A DNA stretch of 56,583 bases from an uncultured Lachnospiraceae bacterium (GTDB taxonomy: Bacteria; Bacillota; Clostridia; Lachnospirales; Lachnospiraceae): NCBI GenBank assembly GCA_964470725.1, contig CAYYEB010000001.1, positions 1-56,583 on the forward strand, in the 5' to 3' direction. This document shows positions 56,501-56,583 of this stretch, one piece after another. The position numbers and the translations under genes are program-made. The notes beneath the pieces are model-generated. The model did not search any database and was not told the origin of the DNA. It saw only the letters and a program-made list of their open reading frames with translations. Positions within the stretch are counted from its first letter, which is position 1; every line of letters begins with the position of its first letter.

Positions 56501-56583
56501 TACTTCAGCAAGCGAGAGCACGAGTACTTCAGCAAGCGAAAGTACGAGCACATCAACAAGCGAGAGTACAAGTACATCCGTGA
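53556..56583 (+). CDS. Serine-rich repeat surface glycoprotein/adhesin (partial, >1000 aa, runs off the window end)
   Basis: AGGAGG SD then ATG 53556: MSKKKKNINRKRKNSLVKGTLAAGVAIGGVIMGGQANAVYA signal peptide; the same frame at 55980 reads ESVSISESTSTSGSTSASES and is still open at 56583; absent from the ORF track, consistent with no stop in the window. Confidence 0.9.
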   Translation, partial: MSKKKKNINRKRKNSLVKGTLAAGVAIGGVIMGGQANAVYAEDELSEGSAVDSAVADAASELEAPASESNSELYIPREDNRQEESQTTLDTTAATESKSQTATDTTATTDSPSETTSDTTATTENSSEASSDTTNAAENSSEATSDTTDAAESASENDSDTTAESDSEETSDTLVTAESTSQNGSETSETDHAAAQNTSEQNAESESESEEGIQAQTVNVADLSSEESSSASNAEKITANLSAKLVRPMAKENDSKDETSDDASLSASASVADSVAFSNYVESRKASDSQSIVVSESESRSERLSESQSTVDSEVAFETGMQSEIDNADADELNDIFKNAVANENTTSDYIQKIEDRANAIIADADNQKQAAQKKVNDANAALQSANKGVESAQNAVNTATAALSTAQTNLAQEQDKISDCDEDHEKVENGELSEADVNNLKNQYADSFREISSYNAGTYKRQGYTIVTVSETVYFWGVPYQTQVSYAYKKDDLLKSIDSAKAEATDNVKTYSTAVDKATSDKNAAEDNLAAAKNKQQAAQTSVNQATEEKNKVDDSVKTATTIKEWANFIVSPTLSDGKNHTGTKVAVQIKDGKPVSSNELGLDKTDDDVTSHGSANYTSLNTKKLNDVPLSVKLRYVKVTYVDRDRTFSQDTTQNNSKKGISLSGNAVIYEINDNDTISKNPVSPEDAEDGKRYFVPYSFKYEPSDGYHMDGYIYKYEKGEFEYDYTSDFKSQSKSEYESKSTANSISRSESESNSQSKELSEWRSQSISESGSRSTSDSVSVVESTSKSTSESISRSESQRDSRSESVSISESTSTSGSTSASESTSASEAASTSESTSTSESSSESESTSTSESTSTSESTSTSTSESTSASTSESTSASVSESTSTSASESTSTSASESASTSESTSTSESTSTSESESGSTSASESASTSTSESTSASVRESASTSTSESTSISTSESTSVSVSESTSTSTSESASTSASESTSTSASESTSTSTSESTSTSV
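53820..54107 (+). repeat. 42-bp (14-aa) degenerate tandem repeats in the adhesin N-terminal Ser/Thr region
   Basis: Units start at 53820, 53862, 53904, 53946, 53988, 54030, 54066 (SDTTATTENSSEAS-like; one unit is 36 bp). Confidence 0.8.
55980..56583 (+). repeat. Serine-rich dipeptide repeat tract (SESTST/SESASA type)
   Basis: Recurring agcgagagtac/agtgaaagtac units encoding S-x repeats to the window end. Confidence 0.92.

Noticed and set aside
55736-56551. 271-aa minus-strand LVLSLAEV-repeat ORF
   Set aside because: Antisense translation of the serine-rich repeat tract of the plus-strand adhesin

Overview
Chromosomal window from a Clostridia genome, most likely Lachnospiraceae (inferred from PolC, gene content and SD/sigma-A signals). 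In order: a Wzx-type surface polysaccharide locus (0.4-13.7 kb); purC; polC; an uncharacterised three-gene module (1207-aa protein, degenerate Hsp70-like protein, TPR protein); a polar amino-acid ABC transporter; purF-purB-purA; a GAF-GGDEF(degenerate)-EAL protein; gldA; an EamA transporter; pepT; redox and methionine genes; a complete Wadjet (jetABCD) operon that runs directly into a membrane diguanylate cyclase and a GT8 glycosyltransferase; and a c-di-GMP-I riboswitch in front of a large serine-rich-repeat surface protein that the ORF track missed because it runs off the window end. Most notable: (i) the PolC proofreading DEDDh exonuclease has lost four of five catalytic residues and carries a ~180-aa acidic insertion; (ii) four unrelated families of long intergenic palindromic elements, three multi-copy with compensatory stem changes, and two bracketing single genes (purC, metE-like) in inverted orientation, with no transposase in the window; (iii) a pseudo-Hsp70 operon; (iv) a DGC-GT8-riboswitch-serine-rich adhesin module. 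All family assignments come from motif recognition by eye; no database search was run.
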